A DNA stretch of 11,532 bases from the NCBI GenBank assembly GCA_040225955.1, contig JBECUL010000062.1, positions 1 to 11,532 of the forward strand, read 5' to 3'. Under the pieces are notes generated by a model. The model was given only the letters and a program-made list of their open reading frames with translations, was not told the DNA's origin and made no database searches. The DNA is from Candidatus Asgardarchaeum abyssi. Lineage in GTDB: Archaea; Asgardarchaeota; Asgardarchaeia; Asgardarchaeales; Asgardarchaeaceae. A program made the translations under genes and the position numbers. This document shows, piece by piece, positions 8,037 to 11,532 of the stretch (position 1 is the first letter of the stretch; each line of letters opens with the position of its first letter).

Positions 8037-8717
8037 TTAGTGTTTGGAACCTCTTATTAATTGTTGTTCTTGATGTGGAACATTTTCTTCTATAATTTTC
8101 ATGAGATGTATAAGCTCTATCAGTGCCTCTCTTAGATTGATATTCCTAATTGCCGAGGTTTCAATAACCTTTACTGTATTTACATTCAAAATTTCTGAGA
8201 TTCGCTCCGCTGACAATGCACCATCCAAATCTTGCTTGTTCGCTAAAATAACCATTGGAATGTAATCACCTAAGTATATTTTAACTTCTTCTAACATTGC
8301 TATTGCAAAACCCACTTGACAATGACTCGTGCTGTCAATCACAAATAGAACTCCCTTACTTCCTTTTGCTAGTATTTCCCTTACAGGAGCAAAATGCATT
8401 TGCCCCGGACAACCAAAAAGTAAAAGCTTGTATATATCATATTTATTTAATTTCTCTCTCGGAAATTTCTTATACTCCTCTCTGTTCAATAGTATAATTC
8501 CCTTACTCTCTTTTTCTATTAATAAGTAAAGTATGCCTAAATCAAAGCCAATAGTTGTAGATGTACCGTCCGGCCTCTGCTTTTCAATGCTAGTAGCATA
8601 AGGATCTAATTTGTGAACTACTGTTGTTTTTCCAGCACTATAAGGCCCAGTAACAAATATCTTTATTCTATCTAAAACCACATCCTCTCTAAAATTATTA
8701 CATTCATTATTAGCCAA
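8037..8717 (-). CDS. Small Ras-superfamily GTPase, MglA/ATP_bind_1-like
   Basis: G1 GPYSAGKT, G2 TTIGFDLG, MglA-type G3 FGCPGQ (lacks the DxxG Asp), G4 LANKQD and G5 TSA. The TTG start is preceded by AGGTGGTGAGG. Confidence 0.92.
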   Translation of the reverse strand: MANNECNNFREDVVLDRIKIFVTGPYSAGKTTVVHKLDPYATSIEKQRPDGTSTTIGFDLGILYLLIEKESKGIILLNREEYKKFPREKLNKYDIYKLLLFGCPGQMHFAPVREILAKGSKGVLFVIDSTSHCQVGFAIAMLEEVKIYLGDYIPMVILANKQDLDGALSAERISEILNVNTVKVIETSAIRNINLREALIELIHLMKIIEENVPHQEQQLIRGSKH

Positions 8718-8750
8718 GTCCTCACCACCTAAGACTTTCTAACAGGAAAA

Positions 8751-9485
8751 TCAAATTTTATTTATTTTCATGTATATTATCTCTTTATTTTCAACTCTAA
8801 ACCCAAGCTTCATATAAAATTGAATTGCAGCTAAATTTTCTGATGAGACATCGAGAGTTATCTTATTATAACCATCATTATATAAAGTCTTTGCAAGAGA
8901 GTACAGGAAAAAAGTCCCATATCCCTTTCTTCTTTCATTTTCAGCAATACCAAAATTTTGTAAATGTAAGGTTTTTTCATTCCCTGAAAAAGCAGCAAAG
9001 CCTATTATTTTTCCTTCTTTCAGCAAAACAAATATTCGATACCTTTTCTTTTTCTTTTCTAAAAGTAAAATGTATTTTTTAGTAATTTTATGAAGAACTT
9101 CCAGACTAATGGGTATTTTAAATACATCTTTATAGATAATAAGATAATCGTTAATTTCTTTATTTTTTAACTCTACTATCTTTAAAATACGATGATACCT
9201 TTCATGCATATGAAAAGTACGTATCTGGCTTAGAGTTAAATACATGCTGATAAGAGGGGTATTTGTTTGGTAGCCTGATTCTATTAATTCTTTATGAACC
9301 CTTATCGAGAAGGGAATTTTAATATAAAGAATGCAAATTTGTTTTCCACTTTTCTTTATAAATTCATGCTCTACCTCACTTATTATTTCTTTAAATAGTT
9401 TTACATTTTCAAGATTAAAAGATTTAAAGTCTAATAAAAGGTAATTTTTATTCGTACTTGTCTGAATCTCTTTAATTAATAGCAT
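8751..9485 (-). CDS. GNAT-family (RimI-like) N-acetyltransferase
   Basis: The C-terminal GNAT domain contains GKIIGF, FGIAENERRKGYG and ITLDVSSENLAAIQFYMKLGF. The SD GAGGAG is present. The N-terminal part resembles a degenerate half-GNAT. Confidence 0.85.
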   Translation of the reverse strand: MLLIKEIQTSTNKNYLLLDFKSFNLENVKLFKEIISEVEHEFIKKSGKQICILYIKIPFSIRVHKELIESGYQTNTPLISMYLTLSQIRTFHMHERYHRILKIVELKNKEINDYLIIYKDVFKIPISLEVLHKITKKYILLLEKKKKRYRIFVLLKEGKIIGFAAFSGNEKTLHLQNFGIAENERRKGYGTFFLYSLAKTLYNDGYNKITLDVSSENLAAIQFYMKLGFRVENKEIIYMKINKI

Positions 9486-9496
9486 GATATCTCCTC

Positions 9497-9516
9497 AAAA
9501 AGAAAAAAAAAGAAAG
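9497..9516 (-). terminator. Oligo-T/pyrimidine tract, candidate intra-cluster terminator
   Basis: The minus strand reads CTTTCTTTTTTTTTCTTTTT, directly between the V4R-like stop codon and the GAGGAG SD of the GNAT. Confidence 0.55.
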
Positions 9517-9517
9517 A

Positions 9518-9970
9518 TTATTCTGATAGTATTTCAAATACAATTTTGCATGTGTTATCATCGCTTACATCAATATCTTTTATGCCTGTTAGCTTTCCAA
9601 GCAGTTCCTCCATAGCAGCTCTTGATATGTTTGTAAATGGACATATGAATGGTTTAACTCCTTTAGAGATTAACTTTTTCTCAACTGGTAGCATAATGCA
9701 ATTACGTATACATAAACTTACTATATTATCCTTTTTAATAATACTCACATCATCTGCTATTTTAAAGTCCTCAACCAATCTTTTCGCTATTCCATCAAGA
9801 ACATCTTGTTCCTTTTCACCAGAGACTTTCAGCGCAAGCTCTTTTTTCATAATCTCTAGCATGCTTTTTCCAATTTGAGAAGTCGCAGCTAATGAACTCT
9901 CTCCAAGCATATCCCACATTGCTTTTTCCAATCCATATATTATTATATTTAGAAAACGAGTGTGGCTCAT
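9518..9970 (-). CDS. Stand-alone V4R/MetOD1-like (H-NOX/V4R/Bet3-fold) ligand- or metal-binding protein
   Basis: Helical N-terminus (GLEKAMWDMLGESSLAATSQIGK), then a beta-hairpin leading to NCIM, then ICPFTN and a final TCKIVF strand. This is the three-Cys pattern of V4R/MetOD1 domains. The start is ambiguous: ATG at 9970 and ATG at 9988 each follow an AAGGTGA, and the GTG at 9997 lies inside an SD. Confidence 0.65.
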   Translation of the reverse strand: MSHTRFLNIIIYGLEKAMWDMLGESSLAATSQIGKSMLEIMKKELALKVSGEKEQDVLDGIAKRLVEDFKIADDVSIIKKDNIVSLCIRNCIMLPVEKKLISKGVKPFICPFTNISRAAMEELLGKLTGIKDIDVSDDNTCKIVFEILSE

Positions 9971-10010
9971 ACCTTCACCTTCTCCCATATCTCTCACCTT
10001 CTTATTCTGA

Positions 10011-10379
10011 TTATAGCCATTTAGAGATTTTCTCTGCTGCCTGCTCGAGAAGTAGAAATATTAAACCTAAGTTTGCATTCTTTCTCAATAGTAAAGATAG
10101 AACTGCGTTTTTCATGCCGTATAAAACAAGTTGCCCCTCCTCACCCTCTATAAGTGTCTTTTTCATTTCTCCCTGCCCAAGCTGCTCCACAACACGTTTA
10201 CTAATGCCCATAGCTGCTGCTGTTAATGCTCCTAACAATGATTTATCAACAGTATCAGGAACATTACTTGCTATTGATAATCCATCAAGACGCACAATCA
10301 TTGATGCTATAATATCAGGGGTCTGAGATTGTAAATCCTTTAATATATTTTGTAGCTCAACTAAAACGGTTTTGGGCAT
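10011..10379 (-). CDS. Roadblock/LC7 domain protein (MglB-like)
   Basis: LQNILKDL...IIASMIVRLDGLSIASN...LLGALTAAAMG...LGQGEM...IEGEEG...ANLGLIF is the classic Roadblock/LC7 pattern. The ATG at 10379 follows GGGGTGTGGG; the ORF track's TTG at 10394 overlaps that SD. Confidence 0.93.
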   Translation of the reverse strand: MPKTVLVELQNILKDLQSQTPDIIASMIVRLDGLSIASNVPDTVDKSLLGALTAAAMGISKRVVEQLGQGEMKKTLIEGEEGQLVLYGMKNAVLSLLLRKNANLGLIFLLLEQAAEKISKWL

Positions 10380-10471
10380 AACCCACACCCCCAAAAGTTT
10401 TTCTTATTAAAATTTCAATTACTAATTCACTAAGGTATAACTCACAGAAATCTTATTTCATTAAAGAAAAA

Positions 10472-10849
10472 TTACATTAAACCCAAGATTAAATTGTATG
10501 AATCCACTTCTATTGAGATTACATCTCTAATCTCAGAAATATTATTACCGTTTCCTTGAATTTCAGAATATTTATTAAGGATGTCATTTGCAAGCTGTCT
10601 CAGTATATTACTGTTATCATATATATCAGCGTAGACAGCAATAATGACTCTTTTATTTAACTCTATGACCATTTTCATGTTTTCAGTGATTATTTCCTTA
10701 ACGCTACAACCACTAACGTACACAGAAATCATGTTTATAGCATATATTAATCCAGACAATAAAGTATCATTAACCTTAATCCCTGGGTCTCTGTATGAAT
10801 ATATGCAATTTCCTGTTTCTTTTTCTATGATATATATTCCATAAATCAT
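10472..10849 (-). CDS. Longin-like domain protein
   Basis: MIYGIYII..TGNCIYSY......DTLLSGLIYAINM.........I......MVI......IIAVYAD.......LRQLANDI...Y fits a beta-beta-alpha-beta-beta-beta-alpha-alpha topology with the DxxLxSGxxxAI signature of archaeal (Asgard-type) longins. 125 aa. A TATA-like TTTAAAA lies about 32-38 nt upstream. Confidence 0.8.
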   Translation of the reverse strand: MIYGIYIIEKETGNCIYSYRDPGIKVNDTLLSGLIYAINMISVYVSGCSVKEIITENMKMVIELNKRVIIAVYADIYDNSNILRQLANDILNKYSEIQGNGNNISEIRDVISIEVDSYNLILGLM

Positions 10850-10900
10850 GGCTTAGTATTATTTGTTGTTCCTCATATTATTTTAAAGAGTAAGCTAGAT

Positions 10901-10965
10901 ATGTATTCGATTTTACACTAAAAATGTTATATGTATGCAAATGTATTTTCATGTATTTACTTGCA
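10901..10965. repeat. Helically phased ATGTAT direct repeats upstream of the longin promoter
   Basis: ATGTAT starts at 10901, 10931, 10941 and 10951, all at multiples of 10 bp. TGCAA...TTGCA (10936-10965) brackets the last two copies. Confidence 0.5.
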
Positions 10966-10990
10966 CTTGTTAATAGAAAATACGAAGTAA

Positions 10991-11250
10991 TTAACTAACA
11001 ATTATAAAGCCATCTCTACCTGAAAAATAAGTCAATTCAACAGCCTTATTAAATTCCGAGACAGTAAGATAAGAAATAAAATCTATAGCAAAAACTGTTA
11101 AGTCTCTGTTTGGAGATAAAACATGAATTATTGTTTTTCCACTTGATCCCTCCTTTATTTCTACCGCTTGAATCAGTACTTCCGCACTATTTTCGAAATG
11201 AGTACGCTCCCTAGACACCAAGATCTGCCTCAATCCTCCATGAATTTTCA
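10991..11250 (-). pseudogene. Probable 3' remnant of an unknown gene, decapitated by the adjacent IS
   Basis: The distal ~80 codons (GGLRQILVSRE...GRDGFIIVS*) read like a normal alpha/beta protein. The first ~15 codons from ATG 11296 (MTFWCVRGIFFYWG) are unprotein-like, lack an SD and lie in IS-like DNA. Confidence 0.45.
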
Positions 11251-11353
11251 AAATTCCCCAATAAAAAAATATTCCGCGCACACACCAAAAAGTCATGTGA
11301 AAGCATCGTACGCATCAAATATTAGAATAACCAGTAGACATCACAATCACAAG

Positions 11354-11530
11354 TCATATTGCTATCATCACCGGCGGCGGCCAGCTCTCACGCTCACACT
11401 TGTACGGGATACCACGAACCCCACTAATAGTAATAACCTCAGTAACCTCAAACTCGACAACTCCCTCCCAAACCAGCACAAAAACGTAAAACGACTCACG
11501 GATGTCCTCACGAAACTCTCTAAACCTCGG
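11354..11530 (-). mobile_element. 3' end of a partial ORF, probably a DDE transposase tail (family uncertain), truncated by window edge
   Basis: The frame is open from the edge: PRFREFREDIRESFYVFVLVWEGVVEFEVTEVITISGVRGIPYKCERESWPPPVMIAI*. There is an abrupt shift to higher GC and strong strand skew (C/A-rich plus strand) from about 11255 onward. No catalytic motif is visible in the window. Confidence 0.4.
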
Positions 11531-11532
11531 CT

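Noticed and set aside
8297-10844. Plus-strand ORFs 8297-8497, 8329-8529, 8825-9082, 9546-9878, 9892-10326 and 10644-10844
   Set aside because: All are antisense to confidently identified minus-strand genes.
1-11532. CRISPR array, tRNA or rRNA genes; composite transposon
   Set aside because: No regularly spaced repeats or GC-rich structured RNA segments were seen. The two terminal IS-like fragments share no evident sequence, so a composite transposon is unsupported.

Overview
AT-rich archaeal genomic DNA: genes are preceded by GGTGA/GAGG-type Shine-Dalgarno motifs, and there are TATA-like promoters and oligo-T terminators. The gene content suggests a thermophilic Thermoproteota or Asgard-like lineage, which is an inference. 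Both window edges appear to run into insertion sequences, an IS110-like transposase tail on the left and another transposase-like tail on the right. Left to right the window encodes: an 8-TM membrane protein with an N-terminal DxDxDGxxDxxD motif, a DppA/M55 aminopeptidase, an RHH-PIN (VapBC-type) toxin-antitoxin pair, a small membrane protein, a GNAT, a divergently transcribed non-canonical archaeo-eukaryotic primase (AEP) fused to an uncharacterised helical domain with a PIP-box-like tail, and an archaeal ATPase/DUF234 gene split by a 1-nt frameshift in a T-run. The highlight is a co-oriented minus-strand cluster: longin-like protein, Roadblock/LC7 (MglB-like) protein, V4R/MetOD1 (Bet3/H-NOX-fold) protein, GNAT acetyltransferase and an MglA/Ras-superfamily small GTPase. 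It places the folds that build eukaryotic GTPase regulators (longin GEFs, Roadblock Ragulator, longin plus Bet3 TRAPP) next to a single GTPase and an acetyltransferase. All calls come from motif recognition by eye; no searches were run.
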